DNA of 64,000 nt from Anthoceros angustus (lineage: Eukaryota > Plantae > Anthocerotophyta), in contig VJWM01000238.1 in the NCBI GenBank assembly GCA_010909165.1, positions 62,001 to 126,000 of the forward strand, given 5' to 3'. The notes beneath the pieces were generated by a model. That model searched no databases, was not told the DNA's origin, and worked only from the letters and a program-made list of their open reading frames with translations. How positions within the stretch are numbered: position 1 is the first letter of the stretch; each line of letters starts with the position of its first letter. Shown one piece after another: positions 1 through 12,900 of this stretch. The position numbers were made by a program, and so were the translations under genes.

Positions 1-2503
1 AAGTCTGAAGGAGAGCCCTCTGGAGAAGCCACCACCATCTCCGTGCTGCCCGCAGAACATCACTCAGCCGGCTGCAGATACACGAGTTGAAGCCCAGGAG
101 GACAAAGTTTCAGGCACTGCAGATCCTGTTGTCCGTTTAAGCCCAACTCTGAAGCCAGACGATGCTAAGGCTCGTGGATTTGAAAGTCAGGAGTGCAGCA
201 AAGGTTCAGCCACTCCGGATGGTGATGTCGGTGTAGGCCCAAGTACGCTGAAGGGCAAAGATGCTAAGGCTCCTGCTGCTGGAGGGTGGAAGACGGCACC
301 GTTTATCTTCGGTTAGAGCTTGAGGAAGCGTGAATTTCTTGTGGAACTGAATAAATGCTGTAGAATCCGCCGTAGATAGACCTGTAGGGTGTCGTTAGAT
401 TGTACATTTGTCAAGCATTTGGCTGAGTTTTGCAGTCATTTGCAGGAAATGAGTTCTGCGAGAAGGTGGCTACAGGAGGGCTGCATGTCAACATGATCAC
501 CTACCTTACGCAGGTTATGCACATGAAGCTGGTGACAGCATCCACCACCATCACCAATTTCAATGGAACCTCCAATCTGACTCCTCTCCTAGGAGCCTTT
601 CTGGCCGACTCGTACCTTGGTCGATTTGTCACGATTATCCTGTTCTCCACGCTGTATCTCATGGTAAGAAGACTCAAACCCTTGCGATGGTCATCGGAAG
701 TGCGGAAATGTCCAGATATGCTGAAGGAAATGACATTACTAGCACAATGATCTGCAATATTTGCTTCGACTGTGCTTCAAGAGTTGCTCATAATTTCAGA
801 GTTCTCAACCCGGCGATGATGGCTTGTGAATTCCATGACAACAGGGTATGACCTTGCTGGCGATGGCAACACTCTTCCCTTCTCTCACGCCCAGCCCGTG
901 CCCGACAGGCACGAGGTTCTTCAATTGCGAGAAGGCGTCGTCGGGGCAGAAGGGATATCTCTACGCAGCGCTGAGCCTCATGGCCCTAGGATCGGGAGGA
1001 ATCAGGCCCTGTGTGGCCACCTTCGGGGCAGACCAATTCGACATCACCAATGCACGCCAGCAGAAGCAAATGCGGGGATTTTTCAACTGGTTCTACTTCT
1101 CCATGGGATTGGCTCTTCTGCTGGCTGTCACTGTGGTGGTGTATGTCCAGGATAATGTAGGCTGGAGCTGGGGCTTCGGCATCCCCGCCGTAGCCATGAG
1201 CTTGTCCATCATCTTATTCATCGTCGGGTCACGTATGTACAGAAAATTCAAGACCGGCACTAGCCCCTTCACCCGTCTTGTCCAAGTGCCCGTGGCGGCC
1301 TTCCGCAAACGCAACCTGCCTCTCCCTGAAGATCCAGCGCTGCTCTTCCACGGAGCTCCAGCTCCAGATCTGAACCGGGGAAAGAAAGCGGACGGGTTTG
1401 GCAAAATGCAGCTCGTCCACACCGACCAATTTCGGTGAGCCAATTGCCTCCACTCTTCAAGTTCTTCCTCCTCCTTCCTTTTTCCTTCTTCTTCACCAGT
1501 TTTTGCCTTCTTCTTCCAAGAAAGATCGTTTGCATGCATACGGCTCCAGGTGCTAGGAAAATTGCTGCACTTTGCAACAACGATACCAAGACCGGATAGA
1601 TCTACAACCGGAAGATCAAATTCCACACTTACATACAAACAAAAGCTCAACTTCGACACTTGCATGTCCACTGTATGTGATGTTCTTGAACACAATCGGT
1701 GCAGGTTTCTTGACAGAGCGGCAGTAGTCATGGAAGGCGACGACTATGCGGGAACTCCAAACCCCTGGCGGCTGTGTCCTGTGAGCCACATCGAGGAGCT
1801 GAAGTGCCTGGTGCGACTGATGCCGATCTGGCTGGCCACAACCACAGTGCACAGCATGGCACCGCAGCAAGGCACGTTCACGGTACACCAGGCGAGCTTG
1901 ATGGACCGGCATCTAGGCAAACGTTTCCAGATCCCGGCTGCATCCTTCGGCGCCTTCGCGATCCTGGTGATGCTGGCCTTCATCCCCGTATACGAGAAGG
2001 TCCTGCAGCCAGCCTACCGGCTAGCAACCCGCACCGAGCGCGGGATCACGCCTCTCCAGCGCATCGGCGTGGGCACGGTGATCTCCATCTTTGGCTTGGT
2101 TGTGGCCGGCGTAGTGGAGTCCGGGCGTAGAACCGCGCCAGTTACCGTGTCCGCCTTCTGGCTGATTCCGCAGTACGCGTTGCTGGGGCTGGCGGAAGGG
2201 TTCATCATCGTCGGGCAGCTGGAGTTTTTCTACACCGAGAGCCCCGAGAGCCTGCGGAGCACCGCATCCGCCTTGCACGGGATCTCCATGGCCGCCGGCA
2301 GCTACCTCTCGACCGTCTTTGTCACCGTCGTCTCCAAATCCACCAACTGGCTTCAGGACGATCTCGACAAAGCGCACCTCGACTACTTCTACTGGCTGCT
2401 GGCGGCCATAAACGCGCTCAACCTTCTCTTCTACATACTGTGCGCTCACTGGTATAAATATGTGGACACAACGACAGAAACTATTGAACTGCACTCAATT
2501 TAA
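1..2503 (+). CDS. NPF: NRT1/PTR (NPF) family transporter, 5' end outside the window; about 4 exons visible (1-311, ~448-663, ~846-1434, ~1704-2503)
   Basis: Frame 2 is open from base 2 to GGWKTAPFIF. Spliced continuation: GNEFCEK (ExxEK motif), LLGAFLADSYLGRF, LGSGGIRPCVATFGADQFD, FFNWFYF, WRLCPVSHIEELK, GQLEFFY..PESLRS. GT-AG junctions at the frame breaks; TAA at 2501-2503. Confidence 0.93.
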
Positions 2504-2853
2504 ACGCTCGTCAGGGATTTCCGTCCAAATTATTCCCCTGGATAGCGGTTCTACATATAACCGCTCAATGTGGCCAGAGAAGGGCAGTTGAGATCATGTA
2601 TCTTTCCAGAAACGATAATAGCAGAATAGAACCTGGACTCCAATGCGATTCCAGATGGCGACAAATAGCATACCCGTGTTCCTACTCAACAAGACTCCAG
2701 CATTCGAAATCAAATTTGAATCCAAGCCCCGGAGAACCGTCGCTGTTCTTCACGGTGTATCAATGTCACAGAATGGCAAGAACGGCTACCCGTCCCAAAC
2801 ACAGGGCTGGACATCCTTATCTCATCACATGACAGCGGCAGGTACGTGTTTGG

Positions 2854-4637
2854 CTAGTTCACAACGTCTAGTACCAGCCTCCGTGACTTAATAGGTGCCC
2901 ACCTGAACCTTTTGAAGTAACCAGCTTGGAGCAAAATGAGTGACAAGCAGAAAATCCATTTGATACCCATCTGCATGGAAAGAAGGGAGTCAGTAAATCG
3001 AGATAAACACCAAGTCCTGTTGTTCAAGGAACGAGTCTGTTGACATTAAACGGCAGACTAAACCACACGGTGAGAGCAATTCAATCGCAATATCAAACAG
3101 ATTCTCACCAGCTTCCGCTCCTCCATTTCTGGTTCAGCAGCCCATGATAAGAATTCTGTGACATCCTTTGCTAACTGCAAACCAGAGGTAGGGAATTGCA
3201 GAACGTCAGGAACAGCCTGTCGACGAAACAGAGACTGCATGAAAGGCCACTTAGGGGAAAGTATCCTACCTGCGATTCGTACGGTTTCGTGCCGTCATCG
3301 TACTCAACACCACCAGTTACAAGCATCTTAGGCATAGCAATGGCTCCTCCCGGGAAGTAAGGATTGTAGTGCAAGCCTTCTCTCACCTGCCACAACATGG
3401 ATGCCGCCAATCCAGCATTCACTACTGAGATGGCTTCTCGTACAGCGAATCATGAACATGCATCCATTGGCACCAAGAGAAGGACTGCCTACCGAAACCC
3501 CAGCTGGAGGATCCCTGTAGCCCGTGAGTAACGAGAACACATAATTGTCACCATTGTGACGAGCCTGCGTCCAGACCAAAGGGACAGGTCAGATGCAAAA
3601 ACAACAGCTCAGAGCCATTCAGACCCTGAATCAGAAATGCCAAACCACATGACACGGTGTTGTCTGCCTCTCCACCTTGGTCATCAAGCTCAGATCTGGC
3701 GGATATGCACCTCCGTTTGCAAATCGAGCAGCTTGCTCATTCGGGTAAGGCTTCTGAAAATGATCACTGAGCTTGCCTGGTCGGGCATACATTTCACCTT
3801 CATCATTCGGTCCATCCATGACTTCGATCTCAGCAGCCAACGCCTTCGCCTCATCCTCAGTGTAGGCAACACCCACAAGATCCCGATAAGCAATCAGAGA
3901 CATGCTGTGGCACGACGCACACACAGACTGAAACACCTGATGCCCTCGCCGGATCCTGCAAAATCCCGAACCAAAGAACCCTCAGCAACTGCCAAAGTAC
4001 GCTCAACGACGCCAACCAGACTCAAATTCCCCCAGCTCACGCCACTTACGAGGGATGATCATACGAACTGAGCAGCCCGTAATGGGGCCAGGGATACGTC
4101 GGGGCCGCCAGCCCGTGCTCCGCCTCGTCAGCATACGCCAATCCAGACATCCCAATCAACGCCGTGGCACCCGCTCCCAACAACGCCAACCCCCGGCGCG
4201 ACCTGACACCGCAGGATTCGCCGCCATCCTGCTGCCCCTTGCTTGCCAACGCCGACGCCACAGGCGCAGACTGCAGACACAAACAAAACCGCGGCATTCA
4301 CAGCCAGCACAGGATCCACAATGCCATAGCCCTCACACGGCCACAAACCACAGATCTGTCCGGAATCTGGGATCCGGTCTCTCCTCCCGCCCGCAGAATT
4401 AGGGCATGCGAGCAGACCAGCGAGAGCTCCAAATCCGACAGCCGGCAGCCCGGGAGCAGGGCTTGCGACCCGGTGAAAGACAAAGCGTGAATTGGAGACG
4501 GAGCAGGAGATGCGCAAGCTCCGGGGTCGAGAAAGCCTCACCTGGGCAATGGCGGAGGGCTGGTGCAGCCGCCCGCGAAGCAACCGAGAAAGCGCTCGGC
4601 CAGCCGAGGCCGCGCCCTCCCTGCCCGGCCCCGCCAT
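2854..4637 (-). CDS. CYC1: Mitochondrial cytochrome c1 precursor (complex III), multi-exon
   Basis: ATG at 4637 (MAGPGREG). Exons read [34 protein letters not shown] (CxxCH haem site), [39 protein letters not shown] and the C-terminal anchor [38 protein letters not shown]. Confidence 0.95.
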
Positions 4638-5206
4638 TCCTACTTCTGCTGCTGCCGCTGCTGCTGTTGCTTCTGCCGCTGCGGGGCTCGGGCTTCAGCC
4701 ACTTGTTTTCCTGGAGCTCCCTCTGCCACTTTCCTTCTGCGCCTTTGCCTTTGCCTTTCTTCTTCCTTTGCCTGTTGGACGTGGACTCTCCCTGTACTCC
4801 CAATTATTCGCTTTTCCAATCTTTCCACGAATTAAATCTAGAAAGCACGGTATCCATAAACAGTTGAACTGTGTAGATATTCAGGAATAATTCGCCATGC
4901 TCGTGATACGCTATATTGGATTAGAGGCTGGATCTCATGGTTCGAATTAGTTTTGTGGTCACGACCAGACATACATACACTGGCAAGTTATGTATGGGAC
5001 TGAACTGACATGATAAATTCTTGCTACCCGTTCCATCGATACAGCAAAACGGAAGGAAGAAATTTTGAATCCATAAATCAGGCGCTTGCTGTCTTCAACC
5101 GTTTCTGGGTTGGTTGGCCCATTCCTCTTGTCTTCCATTTCAAAAGCTAGTCTTCGTTTTCGAAGTGATCTGGCCAAAGTGGGGCAATGGAGCAAGAGTT
5201 GTTGTT

Positions 5207-7557
5207 TCACCGTTTCAGCTTCTTTCTGATGTTGTTTGGAACCGAGTCGATCACCACCTGCAGCACAGCATTGTTGTCGTTCAAGACTTTCTAGAGGTAT
5301 TGCCCTGTGTGCAGCAGGTGAGTCACTTACTCGTCCGTCATAGGATATAGATGCGAAGACCCACGGATCTCTACAACTCCATGCCAGTCCTGCATGCACA
5401 TTGGGAGAGAAAAATGTGAGGTTTCAAGATGCTTGAGCAGATGCTACCGCTGAGGTCCGGAGGCACAGGCAAAGGTACAGAGAACACACCATAGACACTG
5501 TCTTCATGTTCAGTGTGGGAACGGATTAAAGCTTCAAGAGGTCCTCTCGGTGATCCCACAGGACTGTACCAGAGCGGTGGCACAGGTTAGTTTTGTTGTA
5601 GGCTAGAATGATCCACATCAGGGACAACCAACACTTACCTTCTGGCCTTTGAGTCTCCTGCTGGGCTTGCCACTTGCCACAGGTTTACTACTGCATCAGT
5701 ACCACCACTCTGACGACAAAAGAGGAGACATTAGTTAGATATGATACATTGGGAACTACAGCTTTTGATGGCAGCCCAAACTCTTACAAGAACAAGTTCG
5801 TCATAGCTAGGGTTGTATCGAACTCTGACTGTCCTGCAAGTCCAAAGAGTTGTGAGTCCGGCCAGCCAGCATGCCAAGCCATAGCGTCACCGAGTTGGCA
5901 AGGCGAAAACTGATAGCAAGTTCATGCACCTACCAGTGGGAATGTCCGGGGAGCTCCTGCAAGGGCGTGCCAGGCATCTTCATGTCCCAAAGACGAATTT
6001 TCGAATCATCTCCAGCTGTAACCTGGAATAGACCCCACAACGGTTAAACCGTTCGTTACAGTGTGCTAACAAGCCAGTAACAAGGCCTTACAATTATGTT
6101 GGCCTTCTTCGGGCTGAAGTCGATGTCCCGCACTTGAATAGCATGTGCTTGATCGATCTTTACTGATTGCCTGAAACAGACATTCCAATACCTCAATGAA
6201 ATCAAAGGAGTGAGAACACAAGTAACACAACTTAAGGAAAGCAATCTAGAGAAAGACTGAAGACCATAAATGACGCTAAGAGCAGGCCAACCCACACGAC
6301 TGCTACCAGCATCAGACAGTCGAGCAGAAAACTAAAACCACCCGCCTCCTACACCAATGTCAGTCTGGTGCTAGCCTGACGAACACTGGAGAGCTACGAT
6401 ACCCTTCAAAGGTCTTCCAGAAGAAGTCTATACTTCATAGAGCGTAGATCCCAAAACTGGACGGATGTCTCGCACGAAGTAGCTACTCGGTTGACATCAT
6501 GTGGATCCCAGCGTCCACCAGCCATATACTGAAGCTCTCCCACCGATGCCTGGGTGTTGAGCTACATGTAAAACCAACCACTGACACCTTAACAATTGAG
6601 GACAAATTCCCTTGCTCAACTGCCCCTTCAACAATAAGATGAGTATTCACCTTCGAGACGTTGCGGACCGTATCCAAATCCCACACATACAAGTTCTCAG
6701 CATCTATGCTCACTAACTGTGGGTGCTTTCCCGCTGGCCACCAGAGTGTACTGCAACCAAAGCACTCGTTGGTCATACTCATTTACCAAGCCACAAGTGG
6801 AAGAGTCAAGGGTTGCACAGAAAATGGGACAGACAGCAAACCCCTACTTGACGCCTCACCACTTCACGATAGACTTGTGTCCATCAAGGGCAGCTACCGA
6901 CTGCAACGTAGGAGAGCTCCCGCTGACACTCTTTTGCCGGTCAGGCATCCGCCAAACCTTTGCACCGAACTCCCCAGCTACCGGATCCACAAAACAGGGA
7001 TCAGCAAACAAGCAAACAGGTAGCAGGATACGCTGTCACGTGAAGGGACACACATACGTACCTGAGGCATACACAGTAGAAAAGAGCTGAGCGTCAAATG
7101 GACAGGCTGCAAGGTCCCATATCTCCGCCGGGTGGGAATACAATCCTTCACAGGTGACATCCCCTCCATTTTCAGAGAATTCTATCAAATGCACCTGCAA
7201 CTTACCACGTCAGAAGAACACTTTCCCCCGATACCACGCAACCAGAACCCTGCATCCTGATCTCCCATACCTCATTCTCTTCCCGCAAGCTCAATGTTCC
7301 AACGAGAAAACGTGCACGCTGCAGTTCTGCAGCCTGAGCCACCAAGCACCTGGCCTGCGCCCCGACGGAAACCGTTTTTCAGCATCAAAACCTCGGCAAA
7401 TCCACACCCACAACCGCATTGCCCACAGTTTGCAATTCCCAGCCCACAATTCGCCCTGAACATGCTTTCCAAGGCCTGCGCAGCCACAATCTTTCCAGCA
7501 GGAACAATTCTCTACCTGGTACTTCACCCCGTAAGAGCTCGTGTGCGAGCCCTGCAT
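5207..7557 (-). CDS. DWA2: WD40 protein of the DWA2/TSSC1(EIPR1) type, multi-exon
   Basis: Begins MQGSHTSSYGVKYQ. Internal exons include LWWPAGKHPQLVSIDAENLYVWDLD, VRDIDFSPKK, LIRSHTEHEDSVYG and LAWSCRDPWVFASISYDGR; ends VVIDSVPNNIRKKLKR*. This matches my recollection of the Arabidopsis DWA2 layout. Confidence 0.82.
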
Positions 7558-7936
7558 CTTGACCTCCGTCTCGAGATCGATCGATTCTACCAGGCTGGGA
7601 AGAGACCAACCTTACTGCACACAAAGGAATGTCCCCGGAGCTCAGATCAGGCTCACAGGGCGCTATGCAACTTGTCTGTGTGAAATGAGTACGATATTTT
7701 TTATTATTGGTTATGCAGAACTATAGCATCCCTCAAAACAAGCAGGCCGTTGTAGAGCGTTATTGTTTTAGGGCCGCAGGCTAATCCTCCCTGCAAAGTA
7801 AAGGCACACTCCTTCCGAGGTGGTGGGCCCCACCGCACCGGCCTCCCCTGTGGCATTACCGCCATGCCATGTCCATAGGACCATGCACGTATGAATCTGC
7901 GTATGAACGCATTCGTATCGTATGCGGTAACCCGCG

Positions 7937-8030
7937 GCTCCCGGCACCGGGTTGTGTAACGTTACCGCAGCTCCCGGCACCGGGTTGTGTAACATGGAGA
8001 GGGAACCGGGTTGTGTAACATGGAGAGAGC
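7937..8030. repeat. Short tandem cluster with three copies of ACCGGGTTGTGTAAC
   Basis: GCTCCCGGCACCGGGTTGTGTAAC occurs twice and ACCGGGTTGTGTAACATGGAGAG occurs twice, overlapping; read directly from the sequence. Confidence 0.85.
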
Positions 8031-8133
8031 GCCATGGAATCCTTTTCAACGCCGGCTTAAGTTCCATTTCAAACTCGAAGCGAAGCATGCCCTAATCACA
8101 AGTTTGCCAAAAGCCGCGCCCGTAATCTCATAG

Positions 8134-8760
8134 GTGTGTCTGACAACCGCAGCTGACCTAAGAGAGGATTTCGATGAGGAGAAGGAAGACAAGCTAGGGT
8201 CGCAATCACCCTCAGAGGAAGTCCTTCAAGTCAGCCGGACGGAGCTGGTGACTATAGCAATGAGCTGTGCAAAAGCGATGGAGGATGGTGCAAGAGAACT
8301 AGTGTCCTATGAGCCGGAGAACTGCTGTAAGTTCTTGCCTAGGGTTGAGCTTGTTTGTGACCTAAACACCCAGGTGATCACATGGCGACCTCGAGAAGAC
8401 GGCATTGTGTTGGTGGAACTCTTTGGAGGCATCAGTTTTGGCTTGGAAGTAGAGCTAAAATGTGGCATCAAAAGTACCAAGATACGAGCATTGTGACCCA
8501 GATCCGAAATCAAGGATTGTGTCACAGAAGCGCGTGAGGGACTTGATGGGGAGTACCCGAACCTCCTACCGTGGGAGTTAGTGAAGGGTTACCAGAAGGC
8601 GTTGCCCTGCTGGGCCTCCTGTGACTTGTGAGGATTGAGTGCCTATAGTCTCGTGGCTCTGAGTGCATACGAGTGCACGAGCCTGTGTAGGATGCGAGCC
8701 CTAGGATAATGAGGACGTTTGACCTGAGGTGACCATTACTCTCGCACAACCGCAAAGCCT
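8134..8760 (+). pseudogene. Decayed C5 DNA cytosine methyltransferase fragment of the retrotransposon-borne type
   Basis: VITWRPREDGIVLVELFGGISFGLEVELKCGI resembles SAM-binding motif I. After a frameshift it reads KVPRYEHCDPDPKSRIVSQKRVRDL..YPNLLP. The catalytic PCQ motif is not recoverable and stops follow. Confidence 0.6.
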
Positions 8761-9199
8761 GCCACTTCAAGCAATTGAGCAAGCAATTGGGCATGGGTCC
8801 AAGGAGGCCGGTCGCTCATCAACAACAGCAGCTGGAGACTTCAACGAATTATCTTTTTTGGTGGAATTTTTGCAGCTTTATATAATTAAATACTAGAACA
8901 TGAGAGGTAAATTCCCAAGGGATAAGAAGAAAAATGAGCTAAACCTAAAATTAAAAATCCAGCCCAACTCTATTATCCGATACAACGACATGTGCATCGT
9001 GCAAAAGTCTTTTTAGAAAGTGCATGCGACGCTATAGCTATATTGCCATCCACTGGGATGCATTGACCAACAGATTGACTATGTTCCTACTCATAGCGGA
9101 CAGTGGCAAGTATGAGCAAGCCACCGATATCCAGCACTTGGCTTGCCTTGTCCACCAGTGTTAACCTAAACGGGTTCAAGGAACCGATACCGTCAATGT

Positions 9200-9820
9200 T
9201 TTGATTAGGTCACTTGCGCCCAGCACCGCCTCGAGAAAGGCCATGGCATCCTGCGGGGATCCGGAGAGCCTTAGTGTATGCGTATTTCATATCTGTAGCC
9301 CCGCTCTTTCAACGAAGAAAAAGCCGCTCTCCACTTGGGATTGCCAGTCCTCACCATCTCCTAGTTCTAGTTGACCAACTATTGCACTCCAACACTAGCC
9401 AATTCTCGAATTCTGGGGAACAATAGCAATCGGATATCCTTCAGCGCTGCGGTGGCTAGTGTTTGTCAGAGTCAATCAACGAATCTAGTTCTACATGGAG
9501 CCAGTGCATCTCCTCTAACCCGCTCTTGCACTTTACCATGAAAAGGGGGGAGGATACCAGCAATGTTTTCACAAGCTCCTCATATCATCTGGCACGTACC
9601 TTCCAAGTCTGCACAACATCCGACACAAATTCAACTATCATCGGCCACTAGGGTATCCACGGCAACCGACAAGCTTGCCCTCACAGCCTCCGTCGCTTCA
9701 GAGCTAGTATTAGTGGAGGTGTAATCAAACTCTTGTTCTGGAAAGGGCTCTAGTTCGGGGATTTCGTCACTTCCCTCAACAGATTCATGCACTCTCACAA
9801 ATCGATGGATAGCCCTCACC
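9200..9820 (-). mobile_element. Possible fossil hAT/DUF659-type transposase, 3' part, interrupted by the copia element (putative 5' part at about 14903-15400)
   Basis: Weak motif order only, across several frames: EFVSD, APCRTRF, SPEFENW, KALRI..AMAFLE. Many stops and no TIR found. Confidence 0.25.
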
Positions 9821-9822
9821 TA

Positions 9823-9997
9823 TGTGATTAAACATGGAGAACATCAAGTACGAAGAGAATGCTCGTATCACAAAGTGCTTAAGAATCAAGTTTATGAGAG
9901 TGTTCAAGGCATCATAAGCGCATGGACACAAAGAGACGTGACCGTTCAGTTTGGTGTCTGTTCAGAGCGTAGAGCTTCATAAATGATCGCTTTCACA
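9823..9997 (-). repeat. 3' LTR of the copia element
   Basis: Differs from 14726-14900 at 5 of 175 positions by my alignment. A polypurine tract (AAGGGGGG on the minus strand) lies just inside at about 10000-10008. Confidence 0.93.
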
Positions 9998-12900
9998 CAC
10001 CCCCCTTGAAGCGAAACGATCAGAATCTATGGTAAAGCTAAATCTATCAGTCCTAACAAGGAGCAGAAACCGTCGTGTTTAATCTTCCCGAGAGGCTTGG
10101 TCAGGATGTCTGCAAGCTGATCTTCAGTTGGAACGTAGGTCAGTAGTAATTCTCCTAATTCCACCTTGAGCCGCAGAAAGTGATAACGTAATTCGATATG
10201 CTTGGATCGTTCGTGGAATCGGAGATCTCAAGAGAGAGCAATGGTAGCTTGGTGGTCGCACATGAGCTCGAGAGGTCCCTTGTGTGGATATCCAAGATCT
10301 TGAAGTAGTTGGACTATCCATAAGCCTTCTTGGGCTGCAGAGACAGTTGCGATGTATTCTGATTCAGCTGAACTAAGAGCAATCAAAGTTTGCTTCTTCG
10401 ATTTCCAACTGACTGCCCCACCTCATGAAAACATAGCCATTGGTGGATTTCCGAGTGTCTGGATCTCCAGCCCAGTCGGCATCAGTCCAACCAATCAACT
10501 TAGTCTAAGCATTAGGACCTCCTTTATACTGAATCCCATGGGTTTTCGTCCGTTGAAGATATCTCAGAATTCTCTTGGCGGCCACCCAATGTAACTTACC
10601 AGGATTTGATAGGAACTGAGAGACATGGCCATTGAGACATGCTACATCTACCCTGGTATACTGAACTAAATCTTGAACACTGCCAACTACACCAGCATAT
10701 GGGACTAGTTGCATCTCAACAGCTTCATCATCTGTTTGAGGTGACATGGTTTTGCTTAGTCTAGCACCTGTTTGCATAGGTGTGTCAACAGGTTTACAGC
10801 TAGACATTTGATACTTGGTAAGTAGATTAGAAATATACGTTCCCTGATGTAAAGTGATAGTGTGACGAGAGGGATCTTGAATAACCTGAATGCCTAAACA
10901 GTACGTCATGCTGCCATTATCAGTCATTTTGAACTCTTGCCTAAGAGCTGACTTGCATTCAACTAAGTACCTCTCATCATTGGAAACCATAATCAGGTCA
11001 TCAACATAGAGACCCATCATGAGTAACAGCCGCCCTCTGTTTCTTATGAACACACTGGCATCTACAGAACTTTTCACATAGCCAAGTTTGAGCAAATATA
11101 ATTGGAAGTGTTCGTACCAGCCTCTTGGAGACTGTTTGAGGCCATAAAGGGTTTTCTTAAGTTTGCACACCTTGGACTCCTGTCCAGAAACTTCATATCC
11201 AGGAGGTATGTCGTAGATATCCTCCTTTAAGATCCCATGTAGAAAGGCCGTCTCCACGCCTAGTTGATGTATAAGAAGACTATGCAAAGCAGCTAAGGCA
11301 AGCATCACACGTAGAGAGGTGAGTTTAACTACCGGACTGAAAATACTTGTCTCAGAGTAATCGACTCCGCTCTTTTGTGTGAAGCCCTTGGCTACGAGTC
11401 TGGCCTTGAATCTAGCTAAGGAGCCATCTGCATTGTGCTTCTTTCGTAACACCCATTTGCTTCCGACGATGTTATGTCCGTGTGGTGGATCAACCAAAGT
11501 CCATGTGTCATTAGAAATCAAAGATTGATATTCACTTTTCATTGCCTGCTTCCAGGAGTTAGATTCTGGTCCTTCAAGAGCTTGTTTGATAGGGACAATA
11601 TCAGCACTGAATAGAGCGTGAGAAGAAGTGCCATGTGACTTGTTGAAAGTGAGGTCATGAAATTTTACTCCAGGAATCCCTCTGTTGGATCTTGTAGATC
11701 ATCTAATTGGCTCTGGAGAGTCTGGTTGATCCTGCACAGCAACATTAGGATCTTGTATGATGCCCCCCTGTGGCTGAGCAGGATCAGGCCCGGCTCCTAG
11801 CACAAGGCCATCAGACGCAGAGTCCGAGTCATAAAGCCAGTGAAAGTCGAAGGGATCAGGAGGGTCTTCTCCAATATCAGGGGTGAGTGGAATGGCCGGA
11901 GGAACGATAGGGTTTGGAGGTGGTGCTAGAGGGACTATAGGGTTGGGAGGGGGTGCTGGAGGGAATTCTTCCTCAAAGGTGGTGACAGCTTGAGGGGCTG
12001 ACTGAGGCATTTCACGCTCTGCAGGAAGCGTATCTTGAGGGGGATTACCGAGGATAGAAGATTCATCGAAGATCACATTCCTTGCTAATGTGAAGCGGCG
12101 GGTTTGTCGATCGTAAAGATGGTAACCCTTCACGCCGGCATCTTCCCCGTATCCTACAAAGGTAAGCTTGATGGAGCGCGGATCCAGCTTCTTTCGAATC
12201 TCCGGTGGAACATATTTATATGCCATGCATCCAAAGATGTGGAGATGGCTAACATTTGGTTTCTTCTCCGTCCACAGTTCATAAGGTGTTTTATCTGCGA
12301 TAGTTGCAGTCCCTTTTTGTACATAGAAGAGCGGTTTTGTACATAGCAGACAGAGGCAGCGGCCTCTGCCCACAAATAATTCGGGAGGCCAGCGATGTTG
12401 AGACTGCTGCGAACTCCATCCATTATTGAGCGATGGCGTCTTTTAGCCTTGCCCAATTGCTGATGTGAGTACGACAATTTTCTGGTGTTGAATTCCATGG
12501 GCTTGTAGTGTCTCAAAGAGAGGAGAGGTAAGTTCTCCCGCATTATCAGTCCGGAAGATCCACAACTTTTGGCCAGAAAGATTTACAGTGTAGGCCTGAA
12601 AGACTTTGAAGCTCGTGAAGGCTTCGGGCTTGTATTTAAGAAAATACAAATGTGTATAGTGGCTGAAATCGTCAATCAAGACGAACATGTACAGCTTTCT
12701 TGTGAGGGTGGCTGTCTGCATAGGGCCACAAAGATCAGCGTGCACCAATTCTAGCACGCGAGATGTCTTGCTGTGAGATTTCAGGTAAGGTTGACTTGTA
12801 TGTTTGCCAACCACACAGCCGGAACACAAATAAAGGTAAATTGCCCAACTTGGAAGGTAACCCTAAAACTATATTCTTGCTAAACATTCTCTGCATGCCT

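Noticed and set aside
6039-6053. 7-bp inverted repeat AACGGTT-A-AACCGTT in a WD40 gene intron
   Set aside because: Short enough to occur by chance in 64 kb.
7766-8092. Possible hAT MITE bounded by TAGGGC...GCCCTA
   Set aside because: Only a 6-7 bp match, and no 8-bp TSD in the flanks.
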